This document shows positions 31,147 through 41,276 of a stretch of DNA of 64,000 bases, one piece after another. The translations under genes were made by a program, and so were the position numbers. This DNA comes from a virus (lineage: Duplodnaviria; Caudoviricetes). The notes below the pieces were generated by a model. The model had not been told where the DNA came from, searched no databases, and saw only the letters and a list, made by a program, of their open reading frames with translations. The DNA lies in the IMG/VR virus record IMGVR_UViG_2595698595_000001, positions 64,001 to 128,000 of that record, one strand, 5' to 3'. Every line of letters starts with the position of its first letter. The stretch's first letter is position 1.

Positions 31147-31763
31147 ATGAACTTTTAAAGTCTTCTGAACATATTGTTCAGAAGACTTTCGATATAGAAT
31201 TGAAACATAGATTACGTTTCGATAAAAATGGTGACGTAACTATCAGATTCTATACAGAACTAAAGGATCGTAAACATCATCAATATTCTTCACCTAGATT
31301 ACTTGACGATAGTAAGCATTTAGAAATTTCGAAACATTTAGAAAGTTTCGCAAAGGGTGTGAATCTTTATAAAGATTCTGTTACTAAGTTCTTAAAATCT
31401 GAAGAAATCGGATGGAATCCTTTCAAGGAAGATAAAACTTCAAAGTCTGGGAAAGCTTTGAACATGAAAGTAAATATCTATGAACTTGGTACAATGGTAG
31501 ATATTACTTGGTGCAAAGTTTTCAAGTATAAAGATGAACTTAACGAAGCTCAAAGATTGATACGAGATAAGATGGAAGAAATGAAAGTAGGTACTTCGTA
31601 CGTTTCACGTCTAACCGGATTATCTGAACGCTTTATCAAATCTCAATTAGATGGTACTGATAAAAAATTATCTATAGATGATGCTATCAAGTTTTCATCT
31701 ATTCTAAGAATTAACGTTGAACATCTTTTATCAGCTCAAAATGTCAAAATTACTGCATCCTAA
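31131..31763 (+). CDS. protein with C-terminal XRE-type helix-turn-helix
   Basis: VSRLTGLSERFIKSQLDG..KLSIDDAIKFSSIL. Confidence 0.55.
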   Translation: MQQKLNELLKSSEHIVQKTFDIELKHRLRFDKNGDVTIRFYTELKDRKHHQYSSPRLLDDSKHLEISKHLESFAKGVNLYKDSVTKFLKSEEIGWNPFKEDKTSKSGKALNMKVNIYELGTMVDITWCKVFKYKDELNEAQRLIRDKMEEMKVGTSYVSRLTGLSERFIKSQLDGTDKKLSIDDAIKFSSILRINVEHLLSAQNVKITAS

Positions 31764-31959
31764 AATAGTTAAGAGTATCGAATCTTGTGAAACTTACGAT
31801 CAGCTTACTAACTGTATTAACTTTACTAATTGTATCGATCCTGAATTATATTCGATACTATTAACTATGATTTCGAATAAATCTAGAGAGTTACGACTTA
31901 GAGATTTAGATGAACATGTTTCAGAAATGAAACGTATAAACAAGAAACTAAATGACTAG
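31741..31959 (+). CDS. hypothetical protein
   Basis: Short coupled ORF (IVKSIESCETYDQL). Confidence 0.5.
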   Translation: MSKLLHPKIVKSIESCETYDQLTNCINFTNCIDPELYSILLTMISNKSRELRLRDLDEHVSEMKRINKKLND

Positions 31960-32641
31960 ATACGCTATAGGTGATCCACATGGTAGATATGACGCTTTAG
32001 TTGACTTACTGAAAGCTGTTGATTACAAAGATTTCTTAGATGAATTGTACGTACTTGGTGATATTACTGATTATCATGACGGTGTATTCGAAATCGTAAA
32101 ACTATTGAAATCTATAGGATCGATTAACATTCGTGGAAATCATGATGCAGTATTTAGATATTGGATAAAGTCTGGTAATCATTTGTACAATTGGTCACAT
32201 GGTGGTCAAGGTACTTTGAATTCGTTTAATAAGTCATTCGATTACGATTTCAATTTTCATGATAACATGCTTCATAGAGTTTATGTTCCGAAACATATCG
32301 AACTATTCTATGATAATATGCATGATTACTATCTTACAGAAGATAACATTGTATTATGTCATGCTGGTTGGAATACTGATTATTCGATTCATGGACAAAA
32401 TCCTGACGAGTTCTATAACAATCGTTCAATGTATAAATCAGCTCTAAAGAATCAATTAGACTTATCCTTTCATCCCGATTTAAATCGTGTGTTCATAGGA
32501 CATACAATTACTAAAGATTATAAACCATTTATCTCTGAAAAATTGATTAATCTTGACACAGGTGCTAAACTAGATGATGGGTATCTGACAATCATGAATA
32601 TCGATACTTTAGAATACAAACAATCCAACAAATGGAATTAA
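31952..32641 (+). CDS. metallophosphoesterase (Ser/Thr phosphatase-like)
   Basis: GDPHG, LGDITD, RGNHD, HAG, GHT, DTGA. Confidence 0.9.
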   Translation: MTRYAIGDPHGRYDALVDLLKAVDYKDFLDELYVLGDITDYHDGVFEIVKLLKSIGSINIRGNHDAVFRYWIKSGNHLYNWSHGGQGTLNSFNKSFDYDFNFHDNMLHRVYVPKHIELFYDNMHDYYLTEDNIVLCHAGWNTDYSIHGQNPDEFYNNRSMYKSALKNQLDLSFHPDLNRVFIGHTITKDYKPFISEKLINLDTGAKLDDGYLTIMNIDTLEYKQSNKWN

Positions 32642-32964
32642 GAGAAAATACTTTAAACAGACTTAAAGAAATCATAGCTGAAAATCAGTTAGAAAATCAT
32701 GAACATGTTTTAGAATTAGCATTTTTCATGAAAGGTGAAAATGTCGTAAGTATCAAACGACAAGATGTAATATCTATATGTTCGATAATTAAACCAGTTG
32801 AACATAAGAAATGGGAATTTATGATAAAGTTAGAAGATGGTACAATCATTAGATGTGACTATGCTTGGAACTTTGAAAGATTCATGGTAATTAACGTAAT
32901 CGTTCCAAAGGATATGGACATTTACGAATTTCAAAACTTAAATCAATTGAAACGTGTATTTTAG
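32632..32964 (+). CDS. hypothetical protein
   Basis: 110-aa ORF. Confidence 0.5.
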   Translation: MELRENTLNRLKEIIAENQLENHEHVLELAFFMKGENVVSIKRQDVISICSIIKPVEHKKWEFMIKLEDGTIIRCDYAWNFERFMVINVIVPKDMDIYEFQNLNQLKRVF

Positions 32965-33346
32965 TGAATCTGTAAAAGCTCTTCGAGAAGCTAAGAAATA
33001 TTGTCAAAATCGAATAGAAGAAATTGACAAAGAAATGAAATCATGTCCTAAAGGTAACGTCATTTACAGAGAACTTGACGAAACTAGCGTTTCTGGAAAT
33101 CATTTGTTAAGTTTCGTTTCTAAAACTTGGAAAGGATCACATTTTTCAGAAACTAAATCAGTTTCAGAATCTTTTGCTTTTACTGACGATGAAGAACTAT
33201 TCGATGTATTATCGATAGTTAACGAAATAGGAAATGAACCTAAGTACTTACCTATAGCTAAGATGGAAGCTTTATCAATGATTAAAGATTTAGTTCAGAA
33301 AGACTTAGATTCATTAGACGATTTACTATTTACAGCTTTAGGATAA
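32954..33346 (+). CDS. hypothetical protein
   Basis: 130-aa ORF. Confidence 0.5.
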   Translation: MYFSESVKALREAKKYCQNRIEEIDKEMKSCPKGNVIYRELDETSVSGNHLLSFVSKTWKGSHFSETKSVSESFAFTDDEELFDVLSIVNEIGNEPKYLPIAKMEALSMIKDLVQKDLDSLDDLLFTALG

Positions 33347-33351
33347 ATGAC

Positions 33352-33657
33352 ATGATAAAACATATAATTAACATAATCTTCGGTTATCCGAAACCTCCTA
33401 ATGTCGATATATCGAAACTGTTCGAACCTCGTAGAAACTTCTTTGAAATACATAAGATAGAACAATCCATAACTTCAGATTTTGAAATCGATAAGTTAAC
33501 AGATTCTAAAGAAGTTCTGATTAAACGTCTTTCAGAAAACATAGCTAGAGAATTGGTTAATCGTAATCTTATCAATTTGAATACTGAAATAGATTCTAAC
33601 GGATCAAAACCTGTCCATAAAATTACTGCACATCTGGAAGTTATTAAATCCTTATAA
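33352..33657 (+). CDS. hypothetical protein
   Basis: 101-aa ORF. Confidence 0.5.
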   Translation: MIKHIINIIFGYPKPPNVDISKLFEPRRNFFEIHKIEQSITSDFEIDKLTDSKEVLIKRLSENIARELVNRNLINLNTEIDSNGSKPVHKITAHLEVIKSL

Positions 33658-33668
33658 TGACTTGAAAT

Positions 33669-33708
33669 TATACATACCTTAATACTAATAAATCCGTATT
33701 AAGGTATG
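33669..33708 (+). promoter_or_regulatory. late promoter plus start-codon-sequestering hairpin
   Basis: TATACATA 33669-33676; CATACCTTAATAC (33673-85) pairs with GTATTAAGGTATG (33696-708). Confidence 0.7.
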
Positions 33709-34377
33709 CTATCTTTAAACCCAAGAACTGACCTCCCCCAATTTATATTTGATGATAAGTTTTGGATTCCTTCTATTTGTCAGAAATATGACAGGTTTCT
33801 AAAAGCTAAAGAATATCCTATCGATGATATTCGTGAAGTGGTTGCGGAATCATTAAAGTCTTGGGAAATTCCAGGATTATCTCAAAATCTTATAACACAA
33901 CCCCAATTTACTGGTGACGGTGATTTACCAAATGATGTAAATATTCCCGGATACGAAAACAAACGTAATGCTCAAGGTAAAACATTGACATTGACATTTA
34001 GAATGACTGATGGTCTTATAAATTGGTCATGTTTATTTGAACATTTCTGGGCTAAATTGAATGTCGAAAAGAAACTAGTATATTCAGATTTTCCAGTAAT
34101 AACAAGAAACATGTACGGTTCGAAAATGTTCACCATGATATTTAAGGGTGCTATATTCGAATCTATAGACGGATTCGGTGTCGATTATTCTAATTTCGAT
34201 AGATCGTATAAAGAATTTACATGTACCTGGCAATTGGATAAATTCGAAATCGATTTCGTACCACCATTCCAAGACGTTAAAGGTTATGATGATAAGTCTA
34301 ATTCAGTATTCGATATAGACTATGACCATTCAGAACCTTATATTTGTCCAACTCCTAAACCTAGTCTTCCGAAATAA
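33706..34377 (+). CDS. tail-tube-fold structural protein (tube initiator/terminator-like)
   Basis: LTLTFR...F.GAIFESIDG..VDYS.....FTCTW pattern; precedes baseplate genes. Confidence 0.5.
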   Translation: MLSLNPRTDLPQFIFDDKFWIPSICQKYDRFLKAKEYPIDDIREVVAESLKSWEIPGLSQNLITQPQFTGDGDLPNDVNIPGYENKRNAQGKTLTLTFRMTDGLINWSCLFEHFWAKLNVEKKLVYSDFPVITRNMYGSKMFTMIFKGAIFESIDGFGVDYSNFDRSYKEFTCTWQLDKFEIDFVPPFQDVKGYDDKSNSVFDIDYDHSEPYICPTPKPSLPK

Positions 34378-34378
34378 T

Positions 34379-34816
34379 ATGGTTATTAAATTTCAATCAA
34401 TAGACGAAAAGACATTAACTAAAGAAAATGATACAGATTTGCTATCTAAGTTATGGTCTTTACGAAATGCTGAAGTATCTGTTCAAGAATTAGTAGTAAT
34501 CGATAAAGTAACTGCTATGAGATTAGATTTGTTCTGTATGGCTTATTACAAGACTTTGGACGATTTCGATTTATTTCTTAAAGTCAATGGAATCGTTAAT
34601 CCATTCGAAGAACCAATAGGTAGAGTTTTGATAATGCCTGAATTGACATCTCTTAAAGCTAGTATTGATAAGATAAATCTTAATTCTATAGCTAACGATA
34701 AGATAAAAACAGTTTCAACTGATGGAATGTCTAAGTTATCGAATCGAAAGACTAGAAGAGATACGACAAGAGCTATAGGATTTAAACGTCTCGAAAATGG
34801 TAACCTTGTTTTCTAA
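34379..34816 (+). CDS. baseplate wedge subunit, gp53/LysM-like
   Basis: RLDLFCMAYY...FLKVNGIVNPF...GRVLIMP. Confidence 0.65.
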   Translation: MVIKFQSIDEKTLTKENDTDLLSKLWSLRNAEVSVQELVVIDKVTAMRLDLFCMAYYKTLDDFDLFLKVNGIVNPFEEPIGRVLIMPELTSLKASIDKINLNSIANDKIKTVSTDGMSKLSNRKTRRDTTRAIGFKRLENGNLVF

Positions 34817-36078
34817 TGATAAAAGAAATAATACACCCAACTTTAGAAGCTAAACAAATAATTGTAAGAACTGACAAAGATGAGGATATTGAAGTTCTTG
34901 AGAAAGTAGTTGGTAAAACTTATCCACTGATAAGAGTACTTGACAGAACTATTAATATCGATCAAATTCAGGACTTTAGATACAAAATAGGAGCTTCGTT
35001 ACTTCCAGAAATATCTTTGATTATAACTGACGAAAACAATCGTTTGCGTGAGAAATTGAAAACAAATATCGATACTATAACGGTTTATCTGAGTAATAAT
35101 ATCGATGGTTCGTTTTCAAAACAGGAATACATTCTTTCTACTGTATACAGCGATCCAGGTGATGACAATTTGTCAATGAGGGCTATTCTTTACGTACCAA
35201 ATCTTTTCAAACGTGAAATGAGAGCTTTCCAATCGAATTCTATAGATACGATAAAGGAAATATGTTCTGAAGTAGGATTGGGATTATCAAGTAATTTCAC
35301 TCCATCTGATGAACAGGTAAGATTACAAGATAATATTACTAATATCGATTTTATTCGTAATACTGCGGAATCCTCACAGTGTCTAGCAGTTCATATGTTT
35401 ATAGACCAATGGTCATATTTAAATGTTATCGATATTAAGAAAGCTCACGAAACTAATGACGTAATCGAATATACAGTTAACCCATATTCTGGAATCGATT
35501 TAGAAGAACCACAGAATCTAGTATTATCTAACAATTATCTAAAAACTGATATCGTTGGGAAAATAATGTTTTGGTCAGTAAATGATTCTTACGGAATCAA
35601 ATCTTTATCGTATGTTAGTTTATACGATATCGAAAACTTTGATTTAGTTGAACTTGATAAAACTGATACAGTACAGATAACAGCTGAATCTGAAGAACTT
35701 AGAGCAGAAAAACGTAAGTTACTTGTCAAAAGTGATAACGTTTGGGATGGATATTTTCAATCTAAGTATTATGGTAATTTCGTTAAAGATACTTTGAATC
35801 AATCAGCAGAATTAATCGTTAGAATGCAATATCCGTTACATGCTATTCATCCAGGATTATCATTACCTGTTGAAATCTTTAACACTCAGAAAAGAACGAA
35901 TTCGTATGATCAAGAAGATGAAAACTTATCTATCGAAGAAATGCCTCAAGAAACGGGTGATGAAGCTAGGAAATTAGTTAAGAACGAATTGTATTCAGGT
36001 CAGTATTATGTTCGACAAGTTGAAATGAACTATAACGAAAACATAATTGAACAAACACTTTATCTGAAACAGATTTAA
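34816..36078 (+). CDS. baseplate hub protein (gp27-like)
   Basis: Follows gp53-like gene; IKEICSEVGL, LYSGQYYVRQV...Y...QTLYL terminal motif. Confidence 0.55.
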   Translation: MIKEIIHPTLEAKQIIVRTDKDEDIEVLEKVVGKTYPLIRVLDRTINIDQIQDFRYKIGASLLPEISLIITDENNRLREKLKTNIDTITVYLSNNIDGSFSKQEYILSTVYSDPGDDNLSMRAILYVPNLFKREMRAFQSNSIDTIKEICSEVGLGLSSNFTPSDEQVRLQDNITNIDFIRNTAESSQCLAVHMFIDQWSYLNVIDIKKAHETNDVIEYTVNPYSGIDLEEPQNLVLSNNYLKTDIVGKIMFWSVNDSYGIKSLSYVSLYDIENFDLVELDKTDTVQITAESEELRAEKRKLLVKSDNVWDGYFQSKYYGNFVKDTLNQSAELIVRMQYPLHAIHPGLSLPVEIFNTQKRTNSYDQEDENLSIEEMPQETGDEARKLVKNELYSGQYYVRQVEMNYNENIIEQTLYLKQI

Positions 36079-36102
36079 TACATATTCTTATAAAACAAAG
36101 CT

Positions 36103-36246
36103 ATGAAACAAGGAGACAAAGTAATTCATAATGTACATGGTGCTGGTATAGTTCAATCAGTAAATGGAAACGAAGTAACAGTAAATTTTCCAACATGTAG
36201 ATTGACTGTAAATATATCAGAACTTCAAAAACCTTTATTCAGTTAA
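36103..36246 (+). CDS. 47-aa Tudor/SH3-like miniprotein (absent from the ORF track)
   Basis: MKQGDKVIHNVHGAGIVQSVNGNEVTVNFPTCRLTVNISELQKPLFS; A-rich leader; AATACATA at 36077. Confidence 0.7.
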   Translation: MKQGDKVIHNVHGAGIVQSVNGNEVTVNFPTCRLTVNISELQKPLFS

Positions 36247-36247
36247 T

Positions 36248-36631
36248 ATGAAAACATTAGTTCAACTTTTCGAATCTAAAGATTATTCTAAGAACGATTT
36301 AGCTCTTATCGCTAAAGACACTATCGAAAGAATGTCTACAAAACGTTTAACTGATATCGAAGCTAAAATAAATTCGAATAACTCTTTATCTATTTCAGCT
36401 AAATCGGATGGTAAAGCTTTTAGTTTTAGTCTAAGATTTGTAGTTAAAACTAGAACGGTTAGTGATAAAGTTTCAGACTATGAGATTATCGTTATTACAG
36501 AAGGTTCGAATATCAATAGTACTAATTCGTTAAAACAATATAAGAAGTTACATGAAATGATATTCCTGAAATCTACTTTCAAGAATGAAATCACTTCAAC
36601 TGTTATCAAATCACTTCAAGGGAAATTCTAA
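36248..36631 (+). CDS. leader-tagged putative internal head protein
   Basis: MKTLVQLFES. Confidence 0.65.
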   Translation: MKTLVQLFESKDYSKNDLALIAKDTIERMSTKRLTDIEAKINSNNSLSISAKSDGKAFSFSLRFVVKTRTVSDKVSDYEIIVITEGSNINSTNSLKQYKKLHEMIFLKSTFKNEITSTVIKSLQGKF

Positions 36632-37029
36632 TGAAAACACTTTCGAAATTATACGAAGCTTTCGTAGAAAAAGAAATCGATACTAATTCTAATACGATAC
36701 ATAGAATAATAGCTGACGCTTTCAGAAGATGTGTATCAGTTGGTGAAATCAAGAGACTTAGAAATCTTGAAAGTTTAGAAATAGAAACTAACGGTAACGA
36801 ACATAAAGGTTTACTAGAATTCGAAGCTACAGTAAATCATGTAGAAAGAAAATTCAAAGCTCTTTATTCAGTAATCGATTCTAACGAAAGGATAAAAATA
36901 TCTATTATCATAAACCTTATAAACGAAGAAGTTTCTAGCATAAACGAAGAATTAGTAATCGAAGGAATTGACTTACAGAATCAAGTTATTCTGTTAGTTG
37001 AAAAATTATTACGTAATATAGAAATATAA
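36631..37029 (+). CDS. leader-tagged putative internal head protein
   Basis: MKTLSKLYEA. Confidence 0.65.
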   Translation: MKTLSKLYEAFVEKEIDTNSNTIHRIIADAFRRCVSVGEIKRLRNLESLEIETNGNEHKGLLEFEATVNHVERKFKALYSVIDSNERIKISIIINLINEEVSSINEELVIEGIDLQNQVILLVEKLLRNIEI

Positions 37030-37030
37030 A

Positions 37031-37696
37031 ATGAAAACAATATCAAAACTATACGAATCGAGACTTAACGAAAACTTGAATACAGAGTTATCATACTTTG
37101 CTAACGTAACTAAAGTTTCTAAAACATTTTTAGAAACTTTACCAAAAGTACAAAAAATAATAGATTCACATTATCCATCAAGTAAGTCTAAACTAATACT
37201 CGAACCATCTTTCTATACTGATTCGGTGAAAGTTTCTATAGGTAATGACAAATGGGGTTATGGATATTCATATGCTAGCAGTTATACAAAAACCCCTGAT
37301 CAGAATATGTTAGCTTTATGTTCTGAATTGTTTGATCTTAATGCTTTCGATTCTGTTGCTATAAACAATGGTACATTGAATTTATCGATCAGTTTCAATG
37401 ATTCAGCATCGTTACGAAAGAAAACTTTAGATAGTATTAAGAAATCAAAACTTGACGATTCTAAATTGAATTTTATAACACCTAGAAATCGTGATAATGT
37501 TTATCTTTATATTGACAATGTCTGGGTAAGTGCTCATATAATGGAAGAGGGTGGTTCTAAAATAAAATATGTTTTAGATAAACCTGACCCTGTAACTAAA
37601 GAAAGAGTTTTCTATGCAGACATGAAATCGTTTGTTTTTTCTGACCCATTAAAGGTTAAGAATTATGATAATGATTTAATTTTCTGGAAACCTTAA
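37031..37696 (+). CDS. leader-tagged putative internal head protein
   Basis: MKTISKLYESRLNE. Confidence 0.65.
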   Translation: MKTISKLYESRLNENLNTELSYFANVTKVSKTFLETLPKVQKIIDSHYPSSKSKLILEPSFYTDSVKVSIGNDKWGYGYSYASSYTKTPDQNMLALCSELFDLNAFDSVAINNGTLNLSISFNDSASLRKKTLDSIKKSKLDDSKLNFITPRNRDNVYLYIDNVWVSAHIMEEGGSKIKYVLDKPDPVTKERVFYADMKSFVFSDPLKVKNYDNDLIFWKP

Positions 37697-37706
37697 ACAT
37701 CATCAA

Positions 37707-38192
37707 ATGTCAACTCATATAAAGGACTCTCTTAAACCTAGACTAAATTCTAAGTTTAAGCAAGGGTACTTTGAACAAGCTAGAACAACTGTAAACAAGT
37801 ATATAGGAAAACGTCCAATCATATATCGTAGTTCTTACGAATATGATGCCTTCGTTTGGGCTGATACTTCACCTAATGTCGTACATTGGACAACTGAACC
37901 ATTTCCTATAGAATATACTGACATGACTACAGGTAAGAAACATAAATACTGGATAGACTTGGTTGTAAAATTCAAAGACGGAAGTACAGCTCTTATCGAA
38001 ATCAAACCATTAGCTCAAGTACCTAGATCATTAAACGAGGTAAAACTCGATCCTGTAAAACGTAAGAACTTCCAGAAATGGGAAGCTACTAAAGAATTCT
38101 GTAAACGTAATTATGGTTATAAGTTTATCATACTTACAGAAAAATCTTTATTCGCTTTAACAGGATTGTCAAAATATTCAGCACATAGATAA
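37707..38192 (+). CDS. gp4: head completion nuclease (TnsA-like PD-(D/E)xK)
   Basis: FKQGYF...KYIG...IIYRSSYE...W..E...I.Y...HKYWID...IEIKP...KW...F.ILTE. Confidence 0.85.
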   Translation: MSTHIKDSLKPRLNSKFKQGYFEQARTTVNKYIGKRPIIYRSSYEYDAFVWADTSPNVVHWTTEPFPIEYTDMTTGKKHKYWIDLVVKFKDGSTALIEIKPLAQVPRSLNEVKLDPVKRKNFQKWEATKEFCKRNYGYKFIILTEKSLFALTGLSKYSAHR

Positions 38193-38204
38193 AACAATAA
38201 ACAT

Positions 38205-38708
38205 ATGAACAGACCATTCTTTAGACAATTAGTAGATTTTCTTAGAAATCATTGTATAGGAGACGTTTTAACTCGTCAACAATTTCTTAAAGAATTCAAG
38301 AATTCGAAATGTACGGAAGCTACTATCGATACTACTAGAAGACAATTAACAGTTGTAGGAATTCTATACGAAACTGATAAATTAGGAATTTACGAACTTG
38401 CAAAATATCCTGAATATGATTTAACAATAAGTCAATTAACGAAACAAGCTTATTGTGTAAATCATGAAGTTATTCTTTCGGACCGTCCAGAAATAATCCG
38501 CAAACTTAGCGATTACTATCTAGAAATCAATAACGATACTGTACCTTCTAATAACGTATTGGAAACTAACAAACTAATATCAGCTTTAATTGATTCGAAG
38601 GATTCTAACGCTTGGGAAATTCTTTATGATTATGTAAAACGAAATGATCGAAGAGAATGGCATAATTACAACAGACATATCAGTCATATAAAAGAAATGC
38701 TAAAATAA
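38205..38708 (+). CDS. hypothetical protein
   Basis: 167-aa ORF with winged-helix-like N-terminus. Confidence 0.55.
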   Translation: MNRPFFRQLVDFLRNHCIGDVLTRQQFLKEFKNSKCTEATIDTTRRQLTVVGILYETDKLGIYELAKYPEYDLTISQLTKQAYCVNHEVILSDRPEIIRKLSDYYLEINNDTVPSNNVLETNKLISALIDSKDSNAWEILYDYVKRNDRREWHNYNRHISHIKEMLK

Positions 38709-38711
38709 ATA

Positions 38712-38758
38712 AACGAAACCCTCGGAAACTGAAACTTTCGAGGGTTTCGTAGTATAAT
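38712..38758 (+). repeat. hairpin/early-promoter repeat, copy 3
   Basis: AACGAAACCCTCGGAAACTGAAACTTTCGAGGGTTTCGTAGTATAAT. Confidence 0.85.
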
Positions 38759-38785
38759 ATATTTAATTAAATTAAATGTTTTTAT

Positions 38786-39328
38786 ATGTCAACTATTTAT
38801 CAAACAATACTAACAGTTTCAGAAAAATTCAATAGTAAATCGTTTACTTTGGAAACGATATCAGAATTACTATTAGATCATAATCCTTCAACTATTCAGA
38901 CAATACTATCTCACTTAGTTAGAGTTTCAGCGCTAATGAACGAAGCTAATTCTTATATAGTTGAAAACGAAATCGTATTAAATTCGTATCTTGAAAATAC
39001 TGAAAAACTTGTATACGATTCGACTTACATAACTAACGAAGGTCATAAATTCGTAATGACTGAAGAAATACGTAAAGATTTAAATTGGTTGAAGGAATGT
39101 ATAGAAAACGATTCCTTCTCCGGAATAAAGCAAACTACTTCAGGTGCTGGTAAATCGATCAAATTGATATTTGAATTAGTTAAACAGAAAAACGAAACTA
39201 ACGTATTTCATATCTGGTATAGATATAGGTCAAATAACGGATGTTCTCAACGTAAAACAAACGCTTACAAATATCGTTATAGTTTACATAATGTAATACC
39301 AGAAATCAAGGACATATTTACAAACTAA
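38786..39328 (+). CDS. hypothetical early protein
   Basis: 180-aa ORF. Confidence 0.55.
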   Translation: MSTIYQTILTVSEKFNSKSFTLETISELLLDHNPSTIQTILSHLVRVSALMNEANSYIVENEIVLNSYLENTEKLVYDSTYITNEGHKFVMTEEIRKDLNWLKECIENDSFSGIKQTTSGAGKSIKLIFELVKQKNETNVFHIWYRYRSNNGCSQRKTNAYKYRYSLHNVIPEIKDIFTN

Positions 39329-39342
39329 AAATACTTTCAATT

Positions 39343-39888
39343 ATGAACATTCAAGAACAAAAACCTTTCCAACTTTACATTCATTCTGACAATGTTGCAA
39401 GATTCAAAACACAATACTTCAATTCGTTAGAAGATGCTAAGAATTATATTCTTACAGATTTCGTAGAACTTGTTAGAGAAAGATATCACGAAAACATGTT
39501 CAAGACTATTACGTTTTCGTTATATGATAATCAGATTAAATCTGTTTCTAATCCAAAGCTTTACAGATTCAGATATAACGATAATCTAGAAATAGAACAG
39601 TTCAATGCTAAACAAGGATTTGAACTATCGTTATCAGTTTTACTTGTAGAAGATATTACATCTATCATTACACCATATTTCAATGATGTAAAACCTATCG
39701 AAGAAGCTAAACTTTCGAAACGTGAATTAGAAAGGGGTATGTGTCATTTAAGTACCACTTTCATGCATTTCGGACTAGAGTTAGGAATATCTTTCTGTAC
39801 TACAGCTTTAACCCCTATGAAAGACAACAAATATGCTAGATTCGCTATAGTGTCATTCGACGGTCAAGAAATCTATATAACTTACTAA
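39343..39888 (+). CDS. hypothetical protein
   Basis: 181-aa ORF with AAATACTTTCAATTATG leader. Confidence 0.55.
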   Translation: MNIQEQKPFQLYIHSDNVARFKTQYFNSLEDAKNYILTDFVELVRERYHENMFKTITFSLYDNQIKSVSNPKLYRFRYNDNLEIEQFNAKQGFELSLSVLLVEDITSIITPYFNDVKPIEEAKLSKRELERGMCHLSTTFMHFGLELGISFCTTALTPMKDNKYARFAIVSFDGQEIYITY

Positions 39889-40508
39889 TGAACAAAATAT
39901 TAAGATACTTCGATGTAGTAAAGGGTCGCTCACAAGGTGACCTTAAATCATGGTCAAAGTTACATGAACAAACTAAGAACTATGATAAGTTCAATACTTT
40001 ACTTGAATCAGGTGAAATCGTTAAAATTCCAAATTCTTACAATTACTGTACTAAGAAACGATTAAATGAAGCAATCTTTCAAGTTCTGAGAGAAGAATGG
40101 TTAAAGTACTTTAGAATTTTGATGCGTGACAAATATCACACTCAGCTTGAACGTGGTACATGGTTATTAAATAGTCTTGGTTCTAGTAGAGAAGACAAGA
40201 TATTCGAAATCAAAATGAATCTTAGAAATATCGAAAAGAAGGTTCAGGATTTAGGAAAAACTATTAGTCCTTACTGTTATCAGAAAGTTCTGAAAGAAAT
40301 TCTAACGAAACTATTTGAAAGAAGATCAGTAGTTAAAGATGATATCAGACATTGGAGGGAAAAACATAATTTTCCTTGTCAATCTATGTTCAACGAACTA
40401 GAACTATCTGAGAGATATATAACAGAACTTTGTCAAACGTTAAAAGAATTGTACAAAACGAAAACAAAACATTTCAAGTATTTCAAAGATAAGTATACAT
40501 ATTTCTAA
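39888..40508 (+). CDS. hypothetical basic protein
   Basis: 206-aa coupled ORF. Confidence 0.55.
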   Translation: MNKILRYFDVVKGRSQGDLKSWSKLHEQTKNYDKFNTLLESGEIVKIPNSYNYCTKKRLNEAIFQVLREEWLKYFRILMRDKYHTQLERGTWLLNSLGSSREDKIFEIKMNLRNIEKKVQDLGKTISPYCYQKVLKEILTKLFERRSVVKDDIRHWREKHNFPCQSMFNELELSERYITELCQTLKELYKTKTKHFKYFKDKYTYF

Positions 40509-40517
40509 GGATAAACT

Positions 40518-41267
40518 ATGGCTTCACTTAGAGACAGAGTTACTAGAGCTTCTAAATCAATGACTAGTACTTTCAAAGATGTAACAAAATCTATTTCAGA
40601 CTTCTTCGGAAAGTTCAAACGAATATTCCAATCATATGACTTATTCAAGGAAATAAAAAATCATCCTTGGAATGGACCACAGGGTCGTATACAAGCCTAT
40701 GACTGGTATCGTAAATATCGTAAAGATAAAAAGAACTGGCTTAAGGGTCAATTAATGAAACAAGGTCAATTATATATGTTCGATTACGTCGATCCTAAAT
40801 ACAAAGACGTTTTACCTTGGTTCGATGAGAATCCGTTGGTTATTTCATTAGGTCCTGTAAAAACCTCACTAGGTTGGAGAACGATCAACATAAACTTACA
40901 TTTATTACCACCGATTACTAGAAAGATAGTAATGTCAAAGATATTCGATTTCAATAAGAATCGTTATAAAGCTTTGATGGGTGTAAATAATCCTAAAGCT
41001 ATTCCTAGCGTTAATTACAAATCGTTAATACAGCCTTTAGAGCAGTATGGAATAGGTTTCGCAATTCGTATGTACATTCCTGAATTACAAAAGAACATTG
41101 TAGAATTTCAGTTAGAAGAATGGAAAAATGCAATATTCTTAGAATCCAGAAAATTGAACGGAATTACAGCTCCTAAACTTCAACAAGAATGGGAAACTTT
41201 CGTTGAAGAACATAACAAAAAGAAATCGACTAAACAGAAACTAAGAAAAAATTGGTTCGGATCATAA
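40518..41267 (+). CDS. gp2: DNA end protector protein
   Basis: GQLYMFDY.DPKYKDVLPWFDENPLV...INLHLLPP..R; late promoter 40494-40501. Confidence 0.8.
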   Translation: MASLRDRVTRASKSMTSTFKDVTKSISDFFGKFKRIFQSYDLFKEIKNHPWNGPQGRIQAYDWYRKYRKDKKNWLKGQLMKQGQLYMFDYVDPKYKDVLPWFDENPLVISLGPVKTSLGWRTININLHLLPPITRKIVMSKIFDFNKNRYKALMGVNNPKAIPSVNYKSLIQPLEQYGIGFAIRMYIPELQKNIVEFQLEEWKNAIFLESRKLNGITAPKLQQEWETFVEEHNKKKSTKQKLRKNWFGS

Positions 41268-41276
41268 ATCAAAGAA

